Shown: positions 8,798 through 18,331 of the stretch, one piece after another
How the letters are laid out: every line of letters begins with the position of its first letter
Numbering within the stretch: the first letter of the stretch is position 1
Assembly: GCA_947074145.1 (NCBI GenBank)
Contig: CAMTOJ010000007.1
Location: 42,742-106,741, forward strand
Origin: an uncultured Bacteroidales bacterium
Lineage (GTDB): Bacteria; Bacteroidota; Bacteroidia; Bacteroidales; JAUNSR01
DNA length: 64,000 nucleotides
Reading direction: 5' to 3'
Position numbers and translations under genes: made by a program
Notes under the pieces: model-generated
Told to the model about the DNA's origin: nothing
Seen by the model: the letters and a program-made list of their open reading frames with translations, nothing else
The model's database searches: none

Positions 8798-11143
8798 TTA
8801 AAACTTAAAATTATAAGTCACAGAAGGTAAAACGCCAAACAGATATACCATTTCGGCATAAGGCGTACCTCCCTCTTTTTGAATATAAGATATTGTCCAA
8901 GGATTTTTTTGTCCGTAAGCATTGAAAACAGAAAACACCCATTCACCTTTATATCTTTTTTCTGTATTTGGTTTAGGAGTATATGTATATGAGAGGTCAA
9001 GACGATGATAATCAGGACGTCTGTACTCATTGCGAGCAGAATATATAGGAAAATACTCTCCGTTTATTTCAAATCGCCCAACAGGATAAGTAGTCGGCAT
9101 CCCCGTTGCATAGACCCATGTAGCAGAGAACATATGCTTTGGTGATAATTCAAAATTTGCCGCAATATTGAAACAATGGGTTTTATCGAATGGAGCCAGA
9201 TATGTTTTTCCATTATTTATTTCGGCAATAGTTCTTTCTGATCTTGATATTGTATAATTTATAAATCCGTTTAATTTCCCACTGTTCTTTCGTAACATTA
9301 ATTCAAGACCATAGGCTTTTCCTTTTCCCGAACGAATTTCGCCATCAAGATATTTGTTTAACATCAATTCTGCATGATCGGCAAAGTCAATCACATTAGT
9401 CATTCTTTTATAATATATTTCTGCCGACGCTTCATACATATCATCATTGAAGTTTTGAAAATATCCTCCCGAAATCATATCTACTTTCTGAGGCTTAATA
9501 TTTTTACCGGCGGCAAACCATATATCCATTGGGGAACCGGCTGCAGAATTATTGGCAAGTTGAATAAACTGTTCGTTATGAACGATAGATCCTTTTATTG
9601 AGTTATTGTCGCTGAGTTGCCAGACAAAAGCAAGTCGTGGCTCCCAGGCATAATATGTATTATAAACATCACCTTTTTTATGTATTACAGAATCAGAAAC
9701 TTCATAATTATTGTCATAACTATACACAGTTCCCTTACCTACATTACTGAATGAGGTGAATCGCAATCCGTATTTTAGAGTGAATTTATCTGAAATGGTT
9801 TGCTCATTAGATATATATGCTGAATATTCAAATGATAAATTGTTTTCTATTTTATAATCATTAATTCCGGGTTGACAAACAAGTCCGGGACGAAATTTAT
9901 GAAAGGTTGACGATGCTCCATAGGAGATATTCCACAGAGAAGAAATATTGTTTGTAAAATCAGCTTTCAAATTATAATCACTAATGGATGCTTCCCAACT
10001 CATTTCGTAATTTTGCATTCCTGAATATATTCCATAACTATAATCTGAATATGAAGCGGTTATTGAGGAGTAGAAATCAGCAGAGAAATTATGAGAATAG
10101 ATTGCAGATAGAGCTGTATTCTTATAATTAAACTCCTGAGTATCTGCGCCAAACATATCTTTCCCCATATATGCACTAAGTTCAAGACGATCTTTAGAGG
10201 TAAATCGATGAGTTATCTTTGCGTTAAGATCATAAAAATAAAGAGAATTGTCTTTATAGTCTTCAGTCATTTTAAGAAACAAATCGGCATAACTTCGACG
10301 CCCACCCAATAGTATGGATGTCTTCTCTCCCAATGGAGATTCGATAGTTAGACGACTCGAAATAAGACCAATACCTCCTGTTGCTGAAAAACGTTTAGGC
10401 ATATTGTTTTTGGTTCTTATATCAAGTAAGGATGCAAGACGGCCTCCATATTTAACAGGAATATCGCCTTTGTAAAGATCGATACCGTTTATTATATCGT
10501 TATTAAATACAGAGAAAATTCCTAAAAGGTGTGATGCATTATAGATTGTTGAATTATCAAAAAGGATAAGATTCTGATCGGGAGCACTACCCCTTACACT
10601 AAATCCGGATCCGCCATCGGAAGTTGATTGAACACCGGGTAAAAGTTGTATTGCTTTTATTACATCCACCTCTCCCATCATAGCCGGAATACGTTTAATC
10701 TCAAGACTGCTTAAGCGCTCAGTACCAACTATAGGTGCTGTAATATTATCTCTTGAAGCAGTTGATGTAACTACAACTTCTGAGAGTTCTATATTTCCTT
10801 TTAACAAAAAGTCTTTCTTAAGATTTTTGTTTAATAATATATTCCCTTTTAAGTTCTCATAACCAACATAGGAGACGATGAAATTATATTCACCTGATTC
10901 GACCGATAATTGATATTCCCCTTTATGATTAGAGGTTGTACCTTTTGAAATCTCTTCCAGATAAATAGTTGCACCTTCAAGTGATTCTCCCGTTTGAGAA
11001 TCAATTATTTTACCCGATAATATAATCTCTTTTACTTGTGAATATAATTTTTGTGATGAAAATACAGATAATGCAACCAATATATACGACAATACAACCT
11101 TTCCCACTTTAAATAATTTTATATTATGATTCAAAAATAACAC
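8798..11143 (-). CDS. TonB-dependent receptor with N-terminal carboxypeptidase-regulatory-like domain
   Basis: GKIIDSQTGESLEGATIYLEE...TSNHKGEYQL (CarbopepD_reg), then a plug (IKRIPAMMGEVDVIKAIQLLPGV) and a C-terminal barrel ending YNFKF. The ORF opens with GTG (11143) or TTG (11134). There is no in-frame ATG near the signal peptide. Confidence 0.85.
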   Translation of the reverse strand: MLFLNHNIKLFKVGKVVLSYILVALSVFSSQKLYSQVKEIILSGKIIDSQTGESLEGATIYLEEISKGTTSNHKGEYQLSVESGEYNFIVSYVGYENLKGNILLNKNLKKDFLLKGNIELSEVVVTSTASRDNITAPIVGTERLSSLEIKRIPAMMGEVDVIKAIQLLPGVQSTSDGGSGFSVRGSAPDQNLILFDNSTIYNASHLLGIFSVFNNDIINGIDLYKGDIPVKYGGRLASLLDIRTKNNMPKRFSATGGIGLISSRLTIESPLGEKTSILLGGRRSYADLFLKMTEDYKDNSLYFYDLNAKITHRFTSKDRLELSAYMGKDMFGADTQEFNYKNTALSAIYSHNFSADFYSSITASYSDYSYGIYSGMQNYEMSWEASISDYNLKADFTNNISSLWNISYGASSTFHKFRPGLVCQPGINDYKIENNLSFEYSAYISNEQTISDKFTLKYGLRFTSFSNVGKGTVYSYDNNYEVSDSVIHKKGDVYNTYYAWEPRLAFVWQLSDNNSIKGSIVHNEQFIQLANNSAAGSPMDIWFAAGKNIKPQKVDMISGGYFQNFNDDMYEASAEIYYKRMTNVIDFADHAELMLNKYLDGEIRSGKGKAYGLELMLRKNSGKLNGFINYTISRSERTIAEINNGKTYLAPFDKTHCFNIAANFELSPKHMFSATWVYATGMPTTYPVGRFEINGEYFPIYSARNEYRRPDYHRLDLSYTYTPKPNTEKRYKGEWVFSVFNAYGQKNPWTISYIQKEGGTPYAEMVYLFGVLPSVTYNFKF

Positions 11144-11271
11144 AAATATCTAATTAAGAATGTGTTTTTTTAACATTGGATAAAACTATTAATAAAAATT
11201 TCGTATTAATACAATTTATGAACCGATAGAATAACTATTTGTTTTTTAATAAACCATTTATTGTAAACGAT

Positions 11272-12039
11272 ATGTTAGTTATTATTCCTCCAACTACTAC
11301 AATGGATATGTCGCGCATCGAAACAGAGTTCGTAGCAACAAAACCGGAATTCCAAAAACAAGCAGAATATGTAATAGAAAATTTTTCTCAATATTCTATC
11401 GAAGGCCTTATGCGTTTATTTGATATTAGCGAAAAACTTGCAAAAAAGGCTTATGACGAATATCAAGACTTTTTCTCATCCGAATATGCTAAGCCTGCCA
11501 TATATGCCTATACGGGGTCGGTTTATAAATCTCTTAATCCTCATAGTTTTCAGATTGATGATTTTAATTTCGCCCAATCTATTGTGAGAATAGTCTCATC
11601 AGTATATGGATTACTACGACCTCTTGATGCGATAAAAGCTTATAGATCAACTTTTTTTTTAAAGAAAAAAGATCTTCCTGAACAGGATCTTGTTAGTTTT
11701 TGGCATGATAAGATAAATGATTCTTTAAAATCTGATGCTTTCAGAGATAACAGACAGATACTTTTTTTATGCGTACATGATATGCTTAAAATTATAGATC
11801 AGGAGGAGCTTGAAAAAGATAATCGGTTTGTGGTCGTAACCTTTAAGGATATGAAAGATGGAGAATGGAAAGTGATAAGAGAGTTTGAGAAACCCGCTAT
11901 TGGAAATATGCTTTCTTGGATTATTAAGAATAAGATTGAACATATTGACGATATAACAAAATGGAATGAAGACGGATATAAATTCAATTTAAGTCTTTCA
12001 AAACGAGATGAATTCGTCTTTACAAGGGAGCATAAATGA
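11272..12039 (+). CDS. yaaA: YaaA / UPF0246 peroxide-stress protein
   Basis: MLVIIPPTTTMD start and YTGSVYKSLN match the YaaA family. The ATG at 11272 is preferred over the TTG-extended ORF at 11239. Confidence 0.8.
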   Translation: MLVIIPPTTTMDMSRIETEFVATKPEFQKQAEYVIENFSQYSIEGLMRLFDISEKLAKKAYDEYQDFFSSEYAKPAIYAYTGSVYKSLNPHSFQIDDFNFAQSIVRIVSSVYGLLRPLDAIKAYRSTFFLKKKDLPEQDLVSFWHDKINDSLKSDAFRDNRQILFLCVHDMLKIIDQEELEKDNRFVVVTFKDMKDGEWKVIREFEKPAIGNMLSWIIKNKIEHIDDITKWNEDGYKFNLSLSKRDEFVFTREHK

Positions 12040-12128
12040 GAATAATTTTAATAAAAGATCAAGTATAATATTTGATTCTTCATTTTATTTAGAAATCATA
12101 TATGACAATAATTTGTAATTAAGCCTCT

Positions 12129-12593
12129 ATGAGAATACTTATCGTCACCAATGAAGATGTAGATACTGCCATGATAGCAAAGGGTTGGTTTTATAAATTC
12201 GAGCCCGATATTGATGTGCATATTTGTAATACTGAGAGTAATAAAACGGCATCTTCCTCAGCAATTAAATTAATGAAAGAGAACGGAATAGATATTTCTC
12301 TATATAAATGCGATGATCTTGATAAATCATTATCTGAAAATTGGGATTTCGTTATTTCTGTAGCCGGGGATGAGTTGTTGAGCAATTTATGCTTTTCGGG
12401 TAAAACCGTGAAAAGATACTCTGTTCAACTTCCCTATCCAGAAGAGGAAACGGGTGATAAGGCTCATAAAAAAGAGATATATGAACAGACTATTGACGAT
12501 GTTAGAGTTATGATGTTTGATTTCTATCTGAAAGAGATAAAAGAAAAAGATATTCTCGGTGCCGATAGTTGCGGTGCAGAGTGTGACTTATAA
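12129..12593 (+). CDS. LMW-PTP / ArsC-fold protein lacking the CX5R P-loop (probable pseudo-phosphatase)
   Basis: MRILIVTNEDVDTAMIAKG aligns with the (I/V)L(F/V)xCTGNSCRSQMAEG motif, but the Cys and Arg positions are Thr and Asp. FVISVAGDE resembles VVTLCGDA. Confidence 0.6.
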   Translation: MRILIVTNEDVDTAMIAKGWFYKFEPDIDVHICNTESNKTASSSAIKLMKENGIDISLYKCDDLDKSLSENWDFVISVAGDELLSNLCFSGKTVKRYSVQLPYPEEETGDKAHKKEIYEQTIDDVRVMMFDFYLKEIKEKDILGADSCGAECDL

Positions 12594-12603
12594 TATAATA
12601 ATT

Positions 12604-13290
12604 ATGGCTTTAGAGAATTATAAGAGTGACAGTTTCAAAACCAAGTCGGGTAAAATTCTTAATATAACATTTCTTCATCATGCATCATTGGTATTCGGTT
12701 ATGAAGAAAAATTCATTTATATAGATCCGGTCAGTGAGTATTTGGGTAATAATATCGATTTTAAATCATTTCCAAAAGCTGATTTTATAATTATCACTCA
12801 TGAACATTGGGATCATTTTAATCCCGAGACAATAGCAATGTTAAGAAAACCCGAAACTATAATAATTGCTAACCCTAATGTTTGCAAACTGCTCAATGAG
12901 GGAACCGTGATGAGAAATGGAGATACAATTACTCTTTTTTCGGGAATAATTCTTACGGCAGTTCCGGCTTATAATATCACAGAAGGGCATCTTGAATATC
13001 ATCCAAAGGGTAGAGATAATGGATATATTTTTGAATTCGATTCTCTTCGTATCTATGTAAGCGGTGACACCGAAAATATTCCTGAATTAAAAGAGATTAA
13101 GAATATTGATATAGCATTTCTTTCAGTAAATCAACCATATACAATGACCACGGATCAATGTATAAAGGCTGCTCTTACAATAAAACCGAAAATTCTTTAT
13201 CCTTATCATTATCACGAAACTAATGTTTCTGAAATTGTGGAAGGGCTTAAAAACTCAGGTATTGATGTGAGAATAAGGGATATGGGATAA
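12604..13290 (+). CDS. MBL-fold metallo-hydrolase
   Basis: IIITHEHWDHF (HxHxDH) and a later SGDTE. The ATG at 12604 avoids overlap with the preceding gene. Confidence 0.8.
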   Translation: MALENYKSDSFKTKSGKILNITFLHHASLVFGYEEKFIYIDPVSEYLGNNIDFKSFPKADFIIITHEHWDHFNPETIAMLRKPETIIIANPNVCKLLNEGTVMRNGDTITLFSGIILTAVPAYNITEGHLEYHPKGRDNGYIFEFDSLRIYVSGDTENIPELKEIKNIDIAFLSVNQPYTMTTDQCIKAALTIKPKILYPYHYHETNVSEIVEGLKNSGIDVRIRDMG

Positions 13291-13455
13291 TATTTGTATA
13301 TAAATAATATGTCTTATTACTATAAATATTACGAATATGATGCTTCTAATTATTTAATGAAAATAATAGATCCTTTTCTTAATCAATTAAATGTTGTTGA
13401 AACAAACAAATAATGATACTATAATCATTGTAAATTAAAAAACAGGATAAAAGCG

Positions 13456-14892
13456 ATGGAAGATAATGACTTCAGAAATGGTAATTCAAAAACCAATATT
13501 TTCGGATCTAATCGAATGTTACAACCGGCTCCTTGGGATATTATACCTGAAGAACCGACTAATCCGGATATAGCATATCAGATGGTGAAAGAGGAAACAT
13601 TTCCTCAAACTCAACCACGTTTAAATATGGCGACATTCGTTACAACATATATGGATGATTATGCCACAAAATTGATGAATGAAGCTATAAATATCAATTT
13701 TATTGATGAAACTGAGTATCCTCGTATTGCTTTGATGAGTGCAAAATGTATTAACATTATTGCTAATCTTTGGAATACTCCGGATAGTAATAAATGGAAA
13801 ACAGGAGCTTTGGGGATAGGATCAAGCGAGGCCTGTATGTTGGCAGGTGTGGCAGCCTGGTTAAGGTGGAAAAAGAAAAGAGAAGCACAGGGTAAACCTT
13901 TTGACAAACCAAACTTTGTGATATCGGCAAGTTATCAAGTTGTTTGGGAAAAATTTTCTCAACTTTGGCAGATAGAGATGAGACAAATTCCTCTTACAAT
14001 GGAAAAACCGACTCTTGATCCTCATGATGCTTTACAAAAATGTGATGAAAATACAATATTCATAGTTGGTATTATGGGGATTACCTGGACCGGAATGAAT
14101 GATGACATAGAGGCGCTTAATGATGCACTTGAAAAGTTCAATTCTAAAAATAATCTGGATATATCAATACATGTAGATGCCGCAACCGGAGGGTTTATTT
14201 ATCCTTTCCTATATCCTGAAAAGAAGTGGGATTTCCGTCTTAAATGGGTTACTTCTATCAATACTAGCGGACACAAATTCGGACTTGTTTATCCCGGACT
14301 TGGTTGGGTAATATGGAAAACCAAGGATCTGCTTCCTCCTGAAATGTCATTCACTGTTAATTATTTGGGTGGAGAGGTTACTCAAGTAGGACTTAATTAT
14401 TCTCGTCCTGCGGCTCAGATACTTGGGCAATATTATCAATTCATCAGACTGGGTTTTAACGGATATAAAAATATTCAGTTTAATTCTATGTCTATTGCAG
14501 GGTATATGCACGATGAAATAGGAAAAATGACTCAGTTTAAAAACTATTCTGCTGAAATAGTAAATCCTTTGTTCGTCTGGTATTTAGACCCTGAGTATGA
14601 TAAAACTGCAAAATGGACATTATTTGATTTACAAGATAAATTATCTCAAAAAGGATGGATGGTTCCGGCTTATACACTACCTGATAATATTGAAAATTTT
14701 ATTGTAATGCGCACTGTTGTGCGTCAAGGGTTTAGTCGCAATATGGCAGATATGCTTTTAGGAGATATAAAAACTGCAATTATTGATCTTGAAAAATTTC
14801 AATACCCTACTCAAACAAGAATAGATCATAATAATAAAATAAAAATAGCAACCAAAATCTTCAATCATAACGGAATAAGGAGGGACAAATAA
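13456..14892 (+). CDS. gadB: Glutamate decarboxylase (PLP-dependent, group II)
   Basis: NTSGHKFGLVYPGLGWVIWK contains the PLP-lysine motif. The length and N-terminal region are typical of bacterial GAD. Confidence 0.85.
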   Translation: MEDNDFRNGNSKTNIFGSNRMLQPAPWDIIPEEPTNPDIAYQMVKEETFPQTQPRLNMATFVTTYMDDYATKLMNEAININFIDETEYPRIALMSAKCINIIANLWNTPDSNKWKTGALGIGSSEACMLAGVAAWLRWKKKREAQGKPFDKPNFVISASYQVVWEKFSQLWQIEMRQIPLTMEKPTLDPHDALQKCDENTIFIVGIMGITWTGMNDDIEALNDALEKFNSKNNLDISIHVDAATGGFIYPFLYPEKKWDFRLKWVTSINTSGHKFGLVYPGLGWVIWKTKDLLPPEMSFTVNYLGGEVTQVGLNYSRPAAQILGQYYQFIRLGFNGYKNIQFNSMSIAGYMHDEIGKMTQFKNYSAEIVNPLFVWYLDPEYDKTAKWTLFDLQDKLSQKGWMVPAYTLPDNIENFIVMRTVVRQGFSRNMADMLLGDIKTAIIDLEKFQYPTQTRIDHNNKIKIATKIFNHNGIRRDK

Positions 14893-14931
14893 GTTTATCT
14901 CATTAAATAAGTTTTCTTTCATAATAAAATA

Positions 14932-14955
14932 AAAAGATAAAAAGATAAAAAGATA
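14932..14955. repeat. Short tandem repeat (AAAAGATA x3)
   Basis: aaaagataaaaagataaaaagata read directly from the sequence. Confidence 0.8.
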
Positions 14956-15080
14956 GGAATCTATTCAAAAAACTTAATAACCTTTTCAAAAAAACGGAAT
15001 AGGTTATTCTAAAACGCCAAGATTTTATTCAATAGTATAAGAGGTTATTCTAAAATAATAAGAGTTTAGTCTATAACATA

Positions 15081-15117
15081 AAGAGTAAAAAATAACCTAA
15101 AGAGTAAAAAATAACCG
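15081..15117. repeat. Tandem direct repeat AAAGAGTAAAAAATAACC x2 (19-bp period)
   Basis: Copies at 15081-15098 and 15100-15117. A second dispersed repeat, AGGTTATTCTAAAA, occurs at 15001-15014 and 15042-15055. Confidence 0.85.
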
Positions 15118-15157
15118 TCGCCTGAAAAATAAATATTTTCAGGCGACGGTTTGTTTA
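15115..15157. terminator. Strong bidirectional terminator between gadB and dps
   Basis: Perfect 15-bp stem ACCGTCGCCTGAAAA (15115-15129) / TTTTCAGGCGACGGT (15137-15151) with a 7-nt loop. A-rich upstream and TTGTTT downstream. Confidence 0.8.
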
Positions 15158-15243
15158 TGATAATCAATATTGACTTAATTCAGACTCAGTAATTTCAACG
15201 ATTTTTATTCGTCTGATTTTTATCTAATGTAAGATATCGACAC

Positions 15244-15726
15244 TTAGCTGATATGAGCTCTAATCATCCAAGCAGTTTTCCCCAATCTGTAAATCATATC
15301 TTGAAGGAAACTTATTGTACCTTCATCCATTACTTTCTGAGTTTCAAGAATTTTCAAATCTTCACGTATCTCACGAATAATAGTTTCATAATCATCAAGA
15401 AGAATAGCGAACATTGTTTTTGCATCAGGCAAAGTTTCACCTGCATTATAATCTTTTATTCTTGCATGTTCGATATATGAACGTAGTGACTGCAATGGAA
15501 CTCCGTCAAGAGCTCTGATACGTTCGGCAACATCATCTATATTATTGAATGTCTCAGTGTAGATTTTTTCAAGAAATGCATGATAAGAGCCAAAAGATGG
15601 ACCAACTACTGTCCAATGAAAACTCCATGATTTTGCAAGTAATACAAATTCATCTGAAAGAAGTTTATTTAATAATTCTATGCTAAGGTTCATAAGTTCC
15701 TTAGGTTCACCAATGTTAATAGACAT
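15244..15726 (-). CDS. dps: Dps-family DNA-protecting ferritin-like protein
   Basis: WSFHWTVVGPSFGSYHAFLEKIY...DDVAERIRALDG is the Dps ferroxidase-site pattern. 160 aa. Confidence 0.85.
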   Translation of the reverse strand: MSINIGEPKELMNLSIELLNKLLSDEFVLLAKSWSFHWTVVGPSFGSYHAFLEKIYTETFNNIDDVAERIRALDGVPLQSLRSYIEHARIKDYNAGETLPDAKTMFAILLDDYETIIREIREDLKILETQKVMDEGTISFLQDMIYRLGKTAWMIRAHIS

Positions 15727-15912
15727 AATCAGATAGTTTTAGTTATTAATCAAAGATTTCTGATATATATAGAAACCTCCTATGTTAAAACACTATCCGA
15801 AATCATAGGTTGAATATGATTATTCATTATTAACACGCGTGAATAAGATTATTTATATGGATACAATATGATAAAATAGAAATACAAGTTCCAACTTTAT
15901 ATAAAAGTAATG

Positions 15913-16284
15913 TTATTTTTCAGTCGGTCCGTCCCAATTCATTATACCGTTAGCCAGATTATATACTTTATAACCTTTATCTGAAAGAATTTTAGCAGCG
16001 ACTTTACTTCTTGCTCCACTTCTGCAATATACAGCCACGGCTCTTTCTTTATCAAGAGAATCTACTTTAACTGAAAAATTTTGATTTTTTACATCAATAT
16101 TTAAAGCACCCGGGATATGAGACTCTGAAAACTCTTCAGGAGTTCTAACATCAACCAACTGTACGTTTTTATCAGAAATAGTCTTTGCAAAATCCGCATT
16201 ATTCTGGGATATAAAATTTTCTCTTGAGCCAAAAAGAGATGAAAGAAAAGATACCATAATAATTATTATTAGAGTTAATTTCAT
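15913..16284 (-). CDS. Secreted single-domain rhodanese-like sulfurtransferase
   Basis: VDVRTPEEF, GHIPGALNID-like segment and active-site loop YCRSGARS. N-terminal signal peptide. Confidence 0.8.
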   Translation of the reverse strand: MKLTLIIIIMVSFLSSLFGSRENFISQNNADFAKTISDKNVQLVDVRTPEEFSESHIPGALNIDVKNQNFSVKVDSLDKERAVAVYCRSGARSKVAAKILSDKGYKVYNLANGIMNWDGPTEK

Positions 16285-16485
16285 AATTTGATTCTATTCA
16301 TTTTATAAGATTTTCATTTCTATCAAAGTGGCACAACTATATAGCTAAAAATAGAATCTTCAGGATTGTTATGATACCTTAATTAACGGTTTTAGGCCAA
16401 ATTTACCTAACAATAAACAGATTCCGCTTAATGGTTATTATGCCACAAATTCTGCTTTTGGCCGAAATTACATGCTATAAACTTA

Positions 16486-17106
16486 TTACCATTTATTAGT
16501 GTGAACATTCCCTTCCTTCCATTTATTTTTAGGTTTGTTTTCACTATCAGGATACCCTATTGGAATGAGTGCAACAGGAATAACATCTGCCGGAATTCCC
16601 AGTATTTGTTGTACAATTGAAACACGATCATTTAAAGGATAAAGACCTGTCCACACAGCACCCAATTCCATTGCATGAGCCGCAAGAAGAAGATTCTCAA
16701 TTGAAGCCGAAACATCCTGTATCCAATAATCTTTAGCATCACCTTTAAGAGTCTTATCCATCACACCGCAAGCCACGATAGCAAGAGGCGCTTTAGCGGT
16801 CATCTTTGCATAAGGGAGAGAATCGGCAAGTTGCAAAAGAATATCTTTTTGATCAACGACTACAAAAGCCCAAGGTTGTGTATTTACAGCCGTTGGTGCA
16901 GCCATTGCAGCTTTAAGAAGTTTCTCAACTTTATCTTTTTCGACCTCCTTGTCTGTATAAGATCTTACGCTTGTACGTGTCATTATATTTTCAAGAATAA
17001 CATTTTCTTTTTCTTCCCGACTCATACCGCACGATGAGATTGTTAACGTCATAACAGTCATGAATATTGACCAGATTGCAAATGAAAACTTTCTTAATAA
17101 ATTCAT
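16486..17106 (-). CDS. Nitroreductase-family protein with lipoprotein signal
   Basis: TRTSVRSYTDKEV...APTAVNTQPWAFVVV is typical of the nitroreductase fold. N-terminus ...LTISSCG. Confidence 0.8.
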   Translation of the reverse strand: MNLLRKFSFAIWSIFMTVMTLTISSCGMSREEKENVILENIMTRTSVRSYTDKEVEKDKVEKLLKAAMAAPTAVNTQPWAFVVVDQKDILLQLADSLPYAKMTAKAPLAIVACGVMDKTLKGDAKDYWIQDVSASIENLLLAAHAMELGAVWTGLYPLNDRVSIVQQILGIPADVIPVALIPIGYPDSENKPKNKWKEGNVHTNKW

Positions 17107-17293
17107 AATAATAATGTTTGTTTAATTTGTTTTGTTTAAAACTAAGATACGATTCATTATCATTAAATAAAATTTTAAACAATGAATATAGCTGTTTTTA
17201 AGAAGGTTTATATTATGATAATTTATAAGATATAAACTTTAGGCACGAATAGATGTTTTAATATTTAAATGCTAATAAATAAATATTAAAGCA

Positions 17294-18331
17294 ATGGATA
17301 CCGATACCACTACTGAAAATAAGACTCCTGACCACAAATCAAAATTAAGGCTTATCATAATGGTGATAATAATAGTTATTGCATTAGTTCTGGCTCTTAT
17401 ATGGTGGTTAAATTTTCGGAAATACATTTCTTCTGATGATGCCAATCTTGATTCATATCGTATCGATGTTGCCCCTCAGGTCACAGGACTAATCACTCAA
17501 CTTTATGTACATGAAGGAGATAGCGTAAAAAAAGGAGATACTCTTTTCACAATAGACAATAGAGCGATAACATCTCGATATAATGCCTCTGTGGCACAAT
17601 ATGAACAGATATTAGCACAAACTGATGTCTCAAAGCTATCTCTTAATGAAGCCCAAAAAGAGCTTGAACTTGCCATTGTAGCCGAAAAGCTTGTTAAGAT
17701 TAATTTCGACAGAGCAAAAGCTCAATATCAAGGCGATGCAATACCTCTTGAAGAGTATCAGACTCAGGAAGAGAATTGGAAAAGTGCAAAACTAAAGGTT
17801 GCTATTGCTCTCAACAGAATTGAATCGGCGAAAGCGTCGATACTCTCATCTCTTAAATCGGCAGAGGCGGCCAAGGCTGATATGGCAACAATTGCCACTG
17901 ATATGACTTATTACTATGTCGTAGCTCCGGCACCTGGTATCATCGGAAAACGTTGGTGTTTAGCTGGCGATATTGTAAATGCGGGGCAAAATGTATTTAC
18001 ATTAAATAAAGGAAAAGATATATGGGTATCAGTTTTTCTTGAGGAAACAAAATTCAAAAATATTTATTTAGGTCAAGAGGTAAAATTCACTCTTGATGCG
18101 TACGATAAATTGACTTTTACCGGAAAGATATATTATATAGGTGACAATGCAGCATCGGAATTTGCATTGGTTCCTCCAAATAATGCATCTGGAAACTATA
18201 CTAAAGTTACTCAACGAATAAAACTTAAAATATCAATAGATAAAATAGAAGGCAACGAGGCACAGAAAAAGAACTGTAAACTTGTTTCCGGGATGTCGGC
18301 AAACGTAAAAATATTAAAAGAAGACTTATGA
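17294..18331 (+). CDS. HlyD/EmrA-type membrane fusion protein
   Basis: N-terminal TM, long coiled-coil region and beta-barrel motifs (GDSVKKGDTLFTID; VAPAPGIIGKR). ATGA overlap with the next gene. Confidence 0.85.
   Translation: MDTDTTTENKTPDHKSKLRLIIMVIIIVIALVLALIWWLNFRKYISSDDANLDSYRIDVAPQVTGLITQLYVHEGDSVKKGDTLFTIDNRAITSRYNASVAQYEQILAQTDVSKLSLNEAQKELELAIVAEKLVKINFDRAKAQYQGDAIPLEEYQTQEENWKSAKLKVAIALNRIESAKASILSSLKSAEAAKADMATIATDMTYYYVVAPAPGIIGKRWCLAGDIVNAGQNVFTLNKGKDIWVSVFLEETKFKNIYLGQEVKFTLDAYDKLTFTGKIYYIGDNAASEFALVPPNNASGNYTKVTQRIKLKISIDKIEGNEAQKKNCKLVSGMSANVKILKEDL

Noticed and set aside
14932-15117. Possible CRISPR array or minisatellite in the gadB-dps spacer
   Set aside because: The repeats are 8-19 bp with only 2-3 copies, there is no constant repeat/variable spacer organisation, and no cas genes are present.
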